Below, piece after piece: positions 1-9,691 of a stretch of DNA of 64,000 nucleotides (position 1 is its first letter; the number at the start of each line of letters is the position of its first letter). The DNA is from Candidatus Levyibacteriota bacterium (GTDB lineage Bacteria; Patescibacteriota; Microgenomatia; Levybacterales; UBA12049). The DNA lies in NCBI GenBank assembly GCA_963722305.1, contig CAVRKE010000001.1, positions 181,529 through 245,528 of the forward strand. Direction: 5' to 3'. The notes beneath the pieces were generated by a model. It saw only the letters and a program-made list of their open reading frames with translations, made no database searches and was not told the DNA's origin. Both the position numbers and the translations under genes were made by a program.

Positions 1-34
1 TGGAGACGCGAGTTCGATTCTCGTATCCCGCTCT
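1..34 (+). tRNA. 3' end of a tRNA gene truncated by the window edge (T-arm GCGAG-TTCGATT-CTCGT, acceptor 3' strand ATCCCGC plus discriminator)
   Basis: Canonical T-loop TTCGATT with a 5-bp stem followed by a 7-nt acceptor strand. The 5' half lies outside the window, so the identity is unknown. Confidence 0.45.
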
Positions 35-147
35 GAAGGTCGTCATGATTGGAATTCGGATTTCGTATTCACATTATTGACAAGTGTCTAACCATCACTA
101 TTGCATTTTCTTATTGACGATTTGTAAAACTTTTGATAATATAAGTC

Positions 148-1827
148 GTGCCCACTAATAAATCGAATACACAGTCTACGAAATACATCTTTGTCTCCGG
201 AGGAGTCATTTCAGGCATCGGTAAAGGCACCACATCGGCTTCTATCGCGTTTTTACTTCAATCTGCCGGGTATAACGTGGTCCCATTAAAATTTGAAAAT
301 TACCTCAATTTGGACGCCGGTACCATTAACCCAATCGAGCATGGCGATCCATTCCTTTGTGAAGATGGCACCGAAGCCGACATGGATATTGGGACTTACG
401 AAAAATTTTTAGATGAGAACATGGGCAAAGATAATTTTGTCACTATGGGAAACATCTATCAAACCGTTATTGACCGAGAAAGAAGATTTGAGTATAACGG
501 CGAAGACGTTGAGGCAATTCCTTATATTACCGATGAGATCATTTCCCGTGTCGAGGGTTTAGGCAGAAAAACCGGAGCCGATATTGTGATGATTGAGCTG
601 GGCGGAACAGCCGGGGAATACCAAAATGTATTTTATTATGAAGCCTCGCGCATGATGACATTAAAAAAACCGCACGACGTACTACATGTACATGTCAGCT
701 ACGTTCCGACCCCCGGACATTTGGGTGAACCAAAAACTAAACCGGCGCAGCTTTCGGTGAGAACCTTAAACTCGATGGGAATTCAACCCGATTTTGTCAT
801 TACCCGCGGTGAGAAATATTTGGACCAAAGAAGAAAAGACAGACTCGCCCTTTTCTGCAATATGCATAAAGAAGATATTATTTCCAGCCCGGATTTACCA
901 TCCGTTTACGAAATCCCTATGGTATTACATAAACAGGAATTAGAAAAGAAAATTATGGTTAAACTGGGACTGGAAGTAAGGGAACCAAATCTTAAGGACT
1001 GGGAGAAGTTTGTCGAAAGCACCAGGAGTACTGCAAAAACAGTCGAAATTGCTATTGTCGGTAAATACTTCGGAACGGGCGAATATCAATTGCGCGATTC
1101 CTACGCCGCTTTGTTTGATGCTATTGACCACGCCGCTTGGAAAATCGGTGTTAATGTTAAAACCAAATGGGTTGATGCCGAAAAAGTCGAAGCAGAAGGA
1201 GCGGAAAAAGTAATTGGAAAACCCTGCGGCATAATTGTGCCAATCGGGTGGGGCGAAAGGGGCGCCGAAGGGATGATTGCAGCTGCCTCTTATGCCAGAA
1301 AAAATAAAATTCCGTATCTAGGACTTTGCTATGGAATGCAGATGGCAACGATTGCTTTTGCCAGGGACGTTATCGGATTTAAAGATGCCAATACCGAAGA
1401 GAACGATAAGAATACCAAACATCCCGTTGTCCATCTTATCCCAAGTCAAAAAGCCTTAATCGAAAGAAGAGCCTATGGCGGCACAATGCGGCTTGGCAAC
1501 TGGGATGCTAAAGTCAAACCGGGGACAAGAGCTTATGAAATTTATAAAAAATACCACAGTTTTAAGAATGAAAAAGATGGCTTAACCGGCGAAAGACACA
1601 GGCATAGGTATGAATTTAATGACGACTATGCTAAGGATTTCGAAAAAAATGGAATGTCGATTTCCGCACGGTCGGTCATCGAAAATTTAGCGGAGATTGT
1701 TGAGCTGGGAAAAGATGTTCACCCCTTTTATCTGGGCACTCAGGGACATCCGGAATATAAAAGCAGGCCCTTACATCCCCACCCCATTTTCTTGGAATTT
1801 ATTAATGCCTGCAAAAGTAATTCTTGA
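148..1827 (+). CDS. pyrG: CTP synthase
   Basis: 559 aa. The N-terminal synthetase motif YIFVSGGVISGIGKG and the C-terminal glutamine amidotransferase domain (GLCYGMQ, HRHRYE) are both present. The ORF starts with GTG. Confidence 0.95.
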   Translation: MPTNKSNTQSTKYIFVSGGVISGIGKGTTSASIAFLLQSAGYNVVPLKFENYLNLDAGTINPIEHGDPFLCEDGTEADMDIGTYEKFLDENMGKDNFVTMGNIYQTVIDRERRFEYNGEDVEAIPYITDEIISRVEGLGRKTGADIVMIELGGTAGEYQNVFYYEASRMMTLKKPHDVLHVHVSYVPTPGHLGEPKTKPAQLSVRTLNSMGIQPDFVITRGEKYLDQRRKDRLALFCNMHKEDIISSPDLPSVYEIPMVLHKQELEKKIMVKLGLEVREPNLKDWEKFVESTRSTAKTVEIAIVGKYFGTGEYQLRDSYAALFDAIDHAAWKIGVNVKTKWVDAEKVEAEGAEKVIGKPCGIIVPIGWGERGAEGMIAAASYARKNKIPYLGLCYGMQMATIAFARDVIGFKDANTEENDKNTKHPVVHLIPSQKALIERRAYGGTMRLGNWDAKVKPGTRAYEIYKKYHSFKNEKDGLTGERHRHRYEFNDDYAKDFEKNGMSISARSVIENLAEIVELGKDVHPFYLGTQGHPEYKSRPLHPHPIFLEFINACKSNS

Positions 1828-1860
1828 GTAATTCTTACTGTTACGCTATAATAGTTAGCT

Positions 1861-2145
1861 ATGATTTCATTAATTGATTTTGTTCCTGGAGACGTGGTTA
1901 AGGTCTACCAAAAAATTCAAGAAGGAGAAAAAACCAGAACTCAAATTTATGAAGGGATTGTCCTCGGAATTAAAGGACGGGGAGAAAACAAAATGTTCAC
2001 CGTCAGAAAATTGGTTGGGGACGTGGCAGTCGAAAGAATCTTTCCGCTTAATTCTCCGAGTATCGAAAAAGTAGCAATAAAAACCCACTCAAAGAAAAAA
2101 ATCCGACAAGCAAAACTGTATTATCTTCGCAAAACCCAAAATTAG
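1861..2145 (+). CDS. rplS: 50S ribosomal protein L19
   Basis: 94 aa with the L19 signature FxxGDxVxV...EGxxxRxQxxEGxV...FTVRK...GVERxFPxxSP...AKLYYLR. Confidence 0.85.
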   Translation: MISLIDFVPGDVVKVYQKIQEGEKTRTQIYEGIVLGIKGRGENKMFTVRKLVGDVAVERIFPLNSPSIEKVAIKTHSKKKIRQAKLYYLRKTQN

Positions 2146-2148
2146 AGT

Positions 2149-2511
2149 ATGATAATTTCTAATCCGACTGCCAAATTCGGAGAGGATGTTGCTACAAATT
2201 ACCTCCAAAAAAAGGGCTATCAGATTATTGAAAGAAATTTTCGCAAAGGTTACGGCGAAATTGATATTGTATCGATATACGGAAACATTTTAGTGTTTAT
2301 TGAGGTCAAAACAAGGACGACCGCACTTTACGGCGGGGCAATTGAAGCCATCAGTTATGGGAAAATGCAAAAACTAATCAGAACCTGCCAGTACTACAGA
2401 ATGCTACATCCGAAACTACCTGCTGCAATGCGGATCGATGCAATTCTGATTGACCTAGAAAACAATGATGCCAAAAACATCGAACACATTGAAAATATCA
2501 GCGGATTTTAA
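2149..2511 (+). CDS. YraN-family (UPF0102) endonuclease
   Basis: 120 aa with GEDxAxxYLxxKGYxIxxRNxR...GEIDIV...FIEVKTR, typical of YraN-type PD-(D/E)xK proteins. It sits downstream of rplS, as is common. Confidence 0.7.
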   Translation: MIISNPTAKFGEDVATNYLQKKGYQIIERNFRKGYGEIDIVSIYGNILVFIEVKTRTTALYGGAIEAISYGKMQKLIRTCQYYRMLHPKLPAAMRIDAILIDLENNDAKNIEHIENISGF

Positions 2512-2524
2512 TAGAATTGACGTA

Positions 2525-3046
2525 ATGGAACTGATTGAGGTTTTAAAAAAAAGAAGATCTGTCAGAAAATATTTAGATAAGGATGTCCCTGCTGCATTGA
2601 TAAGGGAAATTATTGAACAAGCTAATTTGGCTCCATCGGCCGGCAACATTCAGGCGCGCAGTGTGGTAATTGTGAAAGACCAATTTATAATTGAAAAAAT
2701 AAGAAGTGTTGCGAAAGGTTTTAGTCGCTTTGAAGGGAAAATTCCCGTAATTTTAATTATTTTGGCAAAGCTTGATGAATCTGCCCAAAGGTACGCGGAA
2801 CGTGGCCGAAGTCTTTATGCATTACAAGACGCAACAATCTTTGCGGCCTATCTTCAGTTGGTCGCAACAGAAAAAGGTTTGTCAACAGGTTGGGTAGGCA
2901 ATCTCGATGAAAAAAAATTGGCAAAAATCGTAGATCTTTCAAAAGAGGTCTTACCAGTAGCGATAATTCCTTTGGGATATGCTACGCTTGAACCAAGCGT
3001 AAGAGAAAGAAAAAGCTTAAACGAAATTATCCTCAAACAGATATAA
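2525..3046 (+). CDS. nitroreductase-family protein
   Basis: The RRSVRKY motif opens a nitroreductase fold. The start is moved to an internal ATG (MELIEVLKKRRSVRKY) to avoid overlap with the upstream gene. Confidence 0.65.
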   Translation: MELIEVLKKRRSVRKYLDKDVPAALIREIIEQANLAPSAGNIQARSVVIVKDQFIIEKIRSVAKGFSRFEGKIPVILIILAKLDESAQRYAERGRSLYALQDATIFAAYLQLVATEKGLSTGWVGNLDEKKLAKIVDLSKEVLPVAIIPLGYATLEPSVRERKSLNEIILKQI

Positions 3047-5032
3047 TTAATGCTTCAACAGTTTGATTTGGTCGCGTAAAATTGTGGCTGTTTCAAAATC
3101 AAGTTCTTTGGCGGCTTCACGCATTTCCTTAGTTAATCTTTTGATTATTTTTTCCTTTTCATCCGGGAGAATAACCTCTTTTTTGCTTAAAGTCAAAAGA
3201 TAATTAATCTCCTCTGCCTTTTGTTGATTTGCAATCAGCTTTGCCCGGATGCTCTTTTCAATCGAGCGGGGTGTGATATCGTGTTTCTGATTGTAAGCGA
3301 GTTGAACTTCCCGGCGTCTTTCAACTTCGTCTATGGCTGCTTTCATTGAACCGGTAACAACATCTGCATACATTATCACCTCTGCATCAATATTTCTGGC
3401 GGCTCTTCCCATCGTCTGAATTAGCGATGTCCGGCTTCGCAAAAATCCCTCTTTATCCGCATCTAAAATTACCACTAAGGAGACTTCAGGCAAATCCAAT
3501 CCTTCTCGCAAAAGATTTATCCCGACCAAAACATCAAATTCTCCGCTCCTTAAACTATCCAAGACATCCTGCCTTTTCAAGGTTTCAATATCCGAATGCA
3601 AATAGGAAATTTTAATCTCTCTTTCTTCCAAATAGCTCGAAAGGTCCTCAGCCATTCTTTTGGTCAGTGTCGTCACCAAAACTCTTTGTTTTTTTGCAAC
3701 TCTTTTTTCAATTTCCTTAATTAAATCCTCTATTTGTCCCTGCGTTGGCCGCACAGAAACCCTTGGGTCAACCAATCCGGTCGGTCTGATTAGCTGTTCC
3801 GTGACCGCATTGTTTTGTTTGGCAAGGCTTATTTCATATTCATCCGGAGTCGCACTAACATAAACCGCCTGGTTTATCCGGCGCATAAACTCTGCAAACC
3901 TTAATGGACGATTATCCAAAGCGGAAGGCAATCGAAATCCGTAATCAATTAAAGTTTCCTTTCTGGCTCGGTCACCGTTATACATCCCCCGAATTTGCGG
4001 AATAGTGATGTGAGATTCATCAATAATGGTCAAAAAATCTGCAGAGCACTCCTTTAGGTAATTCACGAGTGTGTAGGGAGGCTGTCCCGGCTCTCTGCCG
4101 TCAAAATAGCGAGAATAATTTTCAATGCCGTTAACATAACCAATTTCCTGAATCATTTCCAAATCAAAATTGGTGCGTTGATTAAGCCGGTGTGCCTCCA
4201 GAACTTTTCCTTGTAGTTTTAACTCGTTGACCCGAATTGCCAGGTCTTTTCTAATTTGCGGAAAAACATCTTTGTAGGTTTGCGGATTAGTCATATAGTG
4301 CTTTGCCGGGTAAATGACAGTTGAAGGCAAAACTTTAATCACATCACCGGTGAGCGGGTCAAACTCCAGCAGTTTTTCCAGATAACCGTTTTTGACAATC
4401 ATTCTTATCCCCTGATCCAAATAAGCCGGAAATAAATCGATATCTTCGCCCCTGACCCGGAAGCTACCTCTGGTAAAGCCGTAGTCGTTTCTTTCGTACT
4501 GTAAATCGGTCAGTCTGGTTAGGATACTTCTTTGGTCAAGTTTGACTCCTTCGGCCAGCTCCATCACGAATTTGCCGTACTCGATAGGTGACCCAAGATT
4601 ATAAATACAGGAAACAGAAGCCACCACAATTACATCTTTTCTCGTCAAAAGGTTAGTGGTAGCCGCCAGCCTTAATTTGTCGATTTCTTCATTAATTTCC
4701 ACTTCTTTTTCAATATAAGTATCGCTTTGTGGAATATATGCTTCGGGTTGGTAGTAATCGTAATACGAAACAAAGTAGGAGACTGCGTTGTTTGGGAAAA
4801 AATCCCGAAATTCCTGATAAAGTTGAGCCGCTAAGGTTTTATTGTGGGAAATAATTAAAGTTGGCTTTTGGATTTTTTCAATCACGTTTGCCATGGTAAA
4901 AGTTTTTCCACTACCGGTTACGCCAACTAACACCTGGTGGTCATACTTTTTGAGAACCCCTTCTGTCAATTTCTCGATTGCCTGCGGTTGGTCTCCGGTT
5001 GGCTTAAAATCAGATTTAAGTTTAAATTTCAT
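3047..5032 (-). CDS. uvrB: excinuclease ABC subunit B
   Basis: 661 aa with the helicase motif GVTGSGKTF, the UvrB beta-hairpin region and a C-terminal UVR domain (ATILRDQIKLLK). Confidence 0.95.
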   Translation of the reverse strand: MKFKLKSDFKPTGDQPQAIEKLTEGVLKKYDHQVLVGVTGSGKTFTMANVIEKIQKPTLIISHNKTLAAQLYQEFRDFFPNNAVSYFVSYYDYYQPEAYIPQSDTYIEKEVEINEEIDKLRLAATTNLLTRKDVIVVASVSCIYNLGSPIEYGKFVMELAEGVKLDQRSILTRLTDLQYERNDYGFTRGSFRVRGEDIDLFPAYLDQGIRMIVKNGYLEKLLEFDPLTGDVIKVLPSTVIYPAKHYMTNPQTYKDVFPQIRKDLAIRVNELKLQGKVLEAHRLNQRTNFDLEMIQEIGYVNGIENYSRYFDGREPGQPPYTLVNYLKECSADFLTIIDESHITIPQIRGMYNGDRARKETLIDYGFRLPSALDNRPLRFAEFMRRINQAVYVSATPDEYEISLAKQNNAVTEQLIRPTGLVDPRVSVRPTQGQIEDLIKEIEKRVAKKQRVLVTTLTKRMAEDLSSYLEEREIKISYLHSDIETLKRQDVLDSLRSGEFDVLVGINLLREGLDLPEVSLVVILDADKEGFLRSRTSLIQTMGRAARNIDAEVIMYADVVTGSMKAAIDEVERRREVQLAYNQKHDITPRSIEKSIRAKLIANQQKAEEINYLLTLSKKEVILPDEKEKIIKRLTKEMREAAKELDFETATILRDQIKLLKH

Positions 5033-5077
5033 GTAAGTAATTTTACCACAATTCGGATTTTGATACAGTTTGTGGTC

Positions 5078-5119
5078 TTGACAAAGTTCTAATTTTTTTC
5101 GTATAAAATAATAGTATAC
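5078..5119 (+). promoter_or_regulatory. lexA promoter (TTGACA, 18-nt spacer, TATAAAAT) overlapped by the palindrome GTATA-N9-TATAC, a candidate LexA operator in the uvrB/lexA divergent region
   Basis: Read directly: sigma70-like -35 and -10 hexamers about 35 nt upstream of lexA. A perfect 5+5 inverted repeat (gtataaaataatagtatac) spans the -10 element. Confidence 0.35.
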
Positions 5120-5153
5120 CGATTTTTGTCAAAATGGCTGATCGGAGTGAATT

Positions 5154-5783
5154 ATGGCAGGAGTTTTATACCGAAAAGAAAGAGAAGTACTGGAGTTTTT
5201 AGCCCAATTTCAAAGGCAGTATGGTTACTCACCGACTTTGTCCGAAATTGCCCAGGGAACAGGACATAAAAGTAATTCTACCGTTCATACCTTAATTAGG
5301 TCTTTAGTTGAGAAAGGTTATGTCCAAAAAGTTGACGGCAACACCCGAGTGCTTAAAATCGTCGATGAAAAAGTAACTCTGTCCTTGATGGGGAGTAAAC
5401 CGGCCATTGAGCTACCCCTGATGGGCTTTATTGCTGCAGGGCAACCCTTAGAACCGTACACCGACCCAAACGCCACTTTCTTCGTCTCCGCCTCGCTGTT
5501 ATCGGGCAAAAATACTGCTTATGTTTTGCAGGTAAAAGGCCGCTCAATGATTGAGGATGGAATTTTGGACGGAGATTATGTGGTGATTGAAAAAATAGCC
5601 GAGCCGGTTAATGGCGACATTGTCGTGGCGATTGTTGATGATAACCTGGCAACGCTTAAAAAGTATTTTCATGAAAACGGTCGGGTAGTTTTAAAACCGG
5701 CCAATGCCGAAATGTCACCGATATACCCGGAGCATTTGGTGGTACAAGGAAAAGTGGTGGGACTAGTGCGCAAATTCCAGTAG
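5154..5783 (+). CDS. lexA: LexA repressor (S24 peptidase)
   Basis: 209 aa with an N-terminal winged HTH, an Ala-Gly cleavage region (FIAAGQP) and the S24 catalytic Ser/Lys region (VKGRSMIEDGILDGDYVV...LKKY). It is divergent from uvrB. Confidence 0.85.
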   Translation: MAGVLYRKEREVLEFLAQFQRQYGYSPTLSEIAQGTGHKSNSTVHTLIRSLVEKGYVQKVDGNTRVLKIVDEKVTLSLMGSKPAIELPLMGFIAAGQPLEPYTDPNATFFVSASLLSGKNTAYVLQVKGRSMIEDGILDGDYVVIEKIAEPVNGDIVVAIVDDNLATLKKYFHENGRVVLKPANAEMSPIYPEHLVVQGKVVGLVRKFQ

Positions 5784-5786
5784 CAG

Positions 5787-6410
5787 CTATTTTTTAAATT
5801 TAACAATCTTCAATTTGTAGTTAATATACAGCAAGCCCGCTAGAACAAGCAAAATAATAATTATCAGTTCGAATTTTCTAAAATAGCCACCAAGAACATT
5901 CCATTTGCTCCCCAAATAATAACCGACATAGGTAACAAATGAAACGTAAATAATTGCCGCTAAAACATTACTAATAATAAATTTTTTGAATTTTACCTCG
6001 GTGATTCCGGCGGCCACCGCCACAAACGATTTTACTCCCGGGAACATTTTTCCAACAAAAACAAACGGGATACCGTACTTTTTAATCAAGCCGGTTATCT
6101 TTTGGTAATCGTCTTCTGTGACTAAAATAAATTTTCCAAATTGTTTAATTAGACCCAGTAATAAATTCTCTTCAAGTAAAAATCCGATTGCGTAACCGAT
6201 TATAGAGCCGACAAAGTCGCCTAAAATTCCGGTGATAATTATCAGTATCAATGAAAGCAAACCCTGGCTGGCTAGAAACCCGGAGAACGGAAGCGTTACT
6301 TCTGAAGGAATTGGGATAGCCGTGGCGTTTAATATCATTAGTCCGAATATCCCTAAATATCCCGAAGATTGAATTAAATGAATGACTAATCCGGAAAGCT
6401 GTTCTAGCAT
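5787..6410 (-). CDS. DedA/SNARE-associated family membrane protein
   Basis: 207 aa polytopic membrane protein with the DedA core (YGIPFVFVGKMFPGVKSFVAVAAG). Confidence 0.7.
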   Translation of the reverse strand: MLEQLSGLVIHLIQSSGYLGIFGLMILNATAIPIPSEVTLPFSGFLASQGLLSLILIIITGILGDFVGSIIGYAIGFLLEENLLLGLIKQFGKFILVTEDDYQKITGLIKKYGIPFVFVGKMFPGVKSFVAVAAGITEVKFKKFIISNVLAAIIYVSFVTYVGYYLGSKWNVLGGYFRKFELIIIILLVLAGLLYINYKLKIVKFKK

Positions 6411-6441
6411 TTTTACATTGTAGCAGATATTAAATAATTAT

Positions 6442-7701
6442 TTAAAGAGATTTTATTTGCCTTTGGATCTGCGAAAGCCGATTGTATTTGGCCACTCTTT
6501 CACCTCTGGCCGGAGCACCGAATTTAACGTAATCAGCCGAAGCGGCCACGGCAAAGTCAGCAATAAAATCGTCATTGGTTTCACCGGAGCGGTGTGAAAC
6601 GGTAATTTTTAGTCCGGCATCCCTAGCCATTTCAACCACTGCCAACGCTTCCATCACCGTACCGATTTGGTTTGGCTTAATAATAATTCCGGTGATAGTT
6701 TTTTTGTCCAACGCCATCTGCAATCTGTAAGGATTTGTCACCGTTAAATCGTCTCCGATAATCAGGGTTTGCTGAGAAAGCTCGCTACAAAGATTTGTCC
6801 AGCCGTCCCAATCATCCTCGGAGAGCCCGTCTTCAAGATACAAAAAATGAAAATCATTGTTTAAAGTTTTATAAAAAGCAATTAAATCTTTCGACGATAA
6901 TCCGACTGCTTTATCATGAATATGATACTGCTGGTTGTTATAAAAATTACTGGCGGCGGCGTCCATGCCCAAAAATACGTCAAAACCAAGTCTTAAATTA
7001 ATTCCCTCGATTACTTCCTTTAGTATCAAAAGCGCATCTTGATTTGAGGACACTTTAGGCGAATACCCACCTTCGTCACCGATTAAAGTCGAAAGATTGT
7101 TTGTTTCCAAATGTTTTTTCAGCGCAGCATAAACGTTTGTACCGATTTGTAAATCTTCGTCGTATTTTTTGGATGTTGCCGGAATTACCAGAAACTCCTG
7201 AAAATCAAGTGAACCTTCCGCATGCAGACCGCCATTAATGAGGTTAAAAGCCGGGGTAGGCAGTTTAAGTGGTAGATTTTCCCTTTTGACAAACTCTCGC
7301 AGGTATAAAAATAGCGGCAAAACCGAACTTTTTGCGGCCGCTTTGGCAACGGCCATCGAAACCGAGAGAATCGCATTAGCACCAAGCCTGGATTTGTTGT
7401 TGGTTCCGTCAAGGGCAATCATTTTTTTATCAATATCCTGTTGTCTGCTTGCTTCCATTCCCAACAGGTTCGGGGCGATTATTTCTTCAATATTCATAAT
7501 CGCGTTTAATACTCCCAAACCCTGAAATCTTTTTTCGTCTTTATCTCTAACTTCAATTGCCTCATATTTTCCGGCAGAAGTGCCGGTTGGGCAGGAAGCA
7601 ATTCCCACCGCACCGTCGGTTAAGATAACAGCGGTTTCAATTGTCGGATGACCTTTGGAGTTTAAAATTTCTGTGGCTGAGATTTGTTTAATTTTTGCCA
7701 T
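6442..7701 (-). CDS. eno: enolase
   Basis: 419 aa with the enolase N-terminal (EILNSKGHPTIE) and C-terminal TIM-barrel signatures (SHRSGETNDDFIADFAVA). Confidence 0.95.
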   Translation of the reverse strand: MAKIKQISATEILNSKGHPTIETAVILTDGAVGIASCPTGTSAGKYEAIEVRDKDEKRFQGLGVLNAIMNIEEIIAPNLLGMEASRQQDIDKKMIALDGTNNKSRLGANAILSVSMAVAKAAAKSSVLPLFLYLREFVKRENLPLKLPTPAFNLINGGLHAEGSLDFQEFLVIPATSKKYDEDLQIGTNVYAALKKHLETNNLSTLIGDEGGYSPKVSSNQDALLILKEVIEGINLRLGFDVFLGMDAAASNFYNNQQYHIHDKAVGLSSKDLIAFYKTLNNDFHFLYLEDGLSEDDWDGWTNLCSELSQQTLIIGDDLTVTNPYRLQMALDKKTITGIIIKPNQIGTVMEALAVVEMARDAGLKITVSHRSGETNDDFIADFAVAASADYVKFGAPARGERVAKYNRLSQIQRQIKSL

Positions 7702-7706
7702 AGTAC

Positions 7707-9686
7707 TTATCTATTTAACAATTCTTTTTCCGATTGTGCAAGTAGTTTCCTTGTGCGTTCAATCAAAGCGGGTGGTACCGAAATACTCGATACCCCCCAG
7801 GATATTAAATTTCTTACCAGTTCGGGATAATCAGATACAGTTTGTCCAAAGATTGAGGAACTAATTCCGTGTTTATCCGCAGTTTTGACAACATGTTCAA
7901 ACGCCCACATAACCGGGGGGTACATCTCATTAAATTCACTGGTTACTTCGGGATTTTCCCGATCCGCACCCATAATTAAAGTCACTAATTCATCCGCAGC
8001 AATTGCTAATCCGTCAAGACCTGCCCCGATAAAGTTTTCCAGCATAATTAAGTTAGAAGGAATGCCTACGCTCATCCATAATTTAAAGTTTGGAGACTTT
8101 TCCAGTCCTATTTGCGCAAGGATTTGTTTTAGCTGAGTCAACTCCTCAACCGTTCTGACAAACGGTAGCATTAACGATAAATTCTGATAACCATAGTCGT
8201 TTCTGACAATTTTGATGGCTTCCAATTCTAAACGAAAAACTTCAGGGTCGTGAATGTGGCGTAAAGCCCCTCTAAAACCCAGTGCCGGATTTTGCTCCAA
8301 GGCTTCGAATTGTTTTCCACCGGCAAGTTTTCGGTACTCATCCGTTTTCAAATCCGAAATTCTGTAAACAACCGGCAGATCTTTAAAGTCTTTACTCACC
8401 TTAGCTAAATAGTAAACCAGTTTAGAAATATATTCGTTGGATTTTCGGTCATGGATTATTTGTTTCGGGTGAATTCCAATTCTTTCGATTATCAATTCCG
8501 AACGTAGTGGTAAAACTCCGTCGACATTTTGCTCAGCAATCTTTTCTGCCAACTCGGTCTCGGCAAAGTTAACATACAACTTAGTGGCGGTTTTTAAATT
8601 TGCTTTTGCATCCTGATTAATGTTTTCTTGAAGCGTAGTTTTGTAATATTGCTGCACAATATTTGTTTGGGAAATGTTCGCTGTGTTTATCCCCGAATTC
8701 TCGATAGAAAGCGGCTTTGTCTGAATAAGGTAAATTTGGCCGTCTGCTATGGACCATTCCGCGCCTTGCGGAAAATAATAATGTTTTTCTAAAGTGTTAG
8801 CCAGTTTAGCCAGTGCAATTATCTCTGCATCGCTTATTTTTTGTTTTTTTCCAAGACCATTTGGCAGCTTGACCGGTTTTTCACGGTAACCTGTTTTTTT
8901 AAACATTACCTTTTGCAAAGAAATTTTCTTGTTTAAGATTAAAAGGCTGCTTTTGCTAACTTCATAACGGTCCGGAATTTCCTTACCTTGGGCAATGACG
9001 CTGCTTAGTCCGTAAACTGCTTCAACCACTGTTTTGCCTTTATCATTGGTTAAGGTATCAAATGTCAATATGACCCCGGATTTTTCCGGTTCGAGGATTT
9101 TTTGGACAACCAAAGCTATTCTCGCCTTTGCGTGGTCAAATTTTCGCTGCTGCCGGTAAAGAATTGCCTCATGGTCAAAAAGAGACGCCCAGACCTGTTT
9201 GATTTTTTCCAAAAGGGCCGCATCGCCTTTGACGTTTAGAACGCTTTCTTTATTTCCGGCAAAAGCAGTAATCAAATCTTGAACAGTTACCGATGCTCTG
9301 ACTGCTACCAGCGGGTATTCAATTAAACCGCCCAGTTTGTTATAAGCAGTTGTAATTTCTTTAATCAACTTTTCGGACATTTGGCTTTCTTGAATGTGTT
9401 TCTGAATGTGTCTTGAAACATCCGAGACGGATTTTTCACTGTCAAAATTTACGGTCGAGAGTAAATGTTTAATTTTTATATCCAGCTTATTTTCCTTAAC
9501 AAAATCAAAGTAAGCATGGGAGGTAATTACAAATCCGTCGGGAATAGGAAAGCCGGCATTAGCCATTTCGCCAAGGTTTGCCGCTTTTTCGCCAACCAGC
9601 TGAATGTCATTTTTATCAATTTCCTCAAAACCAACAACAAATTTAGGCATTAAGCTTATTATGGAAGGATTTTCCCAAATTATCAA
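7707..9686 (-). CDS. PEP synthase / pyruvate,water dikinase-like protein that appears to lack the central phosphohistidine swivel domain
   Basis: 659 aa. An N-terminal PPDK_N-type ATP-grasp domain (GEKAANLGEMANAGFPIPDGF) and a C-terminal PEP-utilising TIM barrel are present. No GGxTSHAAI-like phosphohistidine motif occurs between them. Confidence 0.65.
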   Translation of the reverse strand: MIIWENPSIISLMPKFVVGFEEIDKNDIQLVGEKAANLGEMANAGFPIPDGFVITSHAYFDFVKENKLDIKIKHLLSTVNFDSEKSVSDVSRHIQKHIQESQMSEKLIKEITTAYNKLGGLIEYPLVAVRASVTVQDLITAFAGNKESVLNVKGDAALLEKIKQVWASLFDHEAILYRQQRKFDHAKARIALVVQKILEPEKSGVILTFDTLTNDKGKTVVEAVYGLSSVIAQGKEIPDRYEVSKSSLLILNKKISLQKVMFKKTGYREKPVKLPNGLGKKQKISDAEIIALAKLANTLEKHYYFPQGAEWSIADGQIYLIQTKPLSIENSGINTANISQTNIVQQYYKTTLQENINQDAKANLKTATKLYVNFAETELAEKIAEQNVDGVLPLRSELIIERIGIHPKQIIHDRKSNEYISKLVYYLAKVSKDFKDLPVVYRISDLKTDEYRKLAGGKQFEALEQNPALGFRGALRHIHDPEVFRLELEAIKIVRNDYGYQNLSLMLPFVRTVEELTQLKQILAQIGLEKSPNFKLWMSVGIPSNLIMLENFIGAGLDGLAIAADELVTLIMGADRENPEVTSEFNEMYPPVMWAFEHVVKTADKHGISSSIFGQTVSDYPELVRNLISWGVSSISVPPALIERTRKLLAQSEKELLNR

Positions 9687-9691
9687 GCAGA

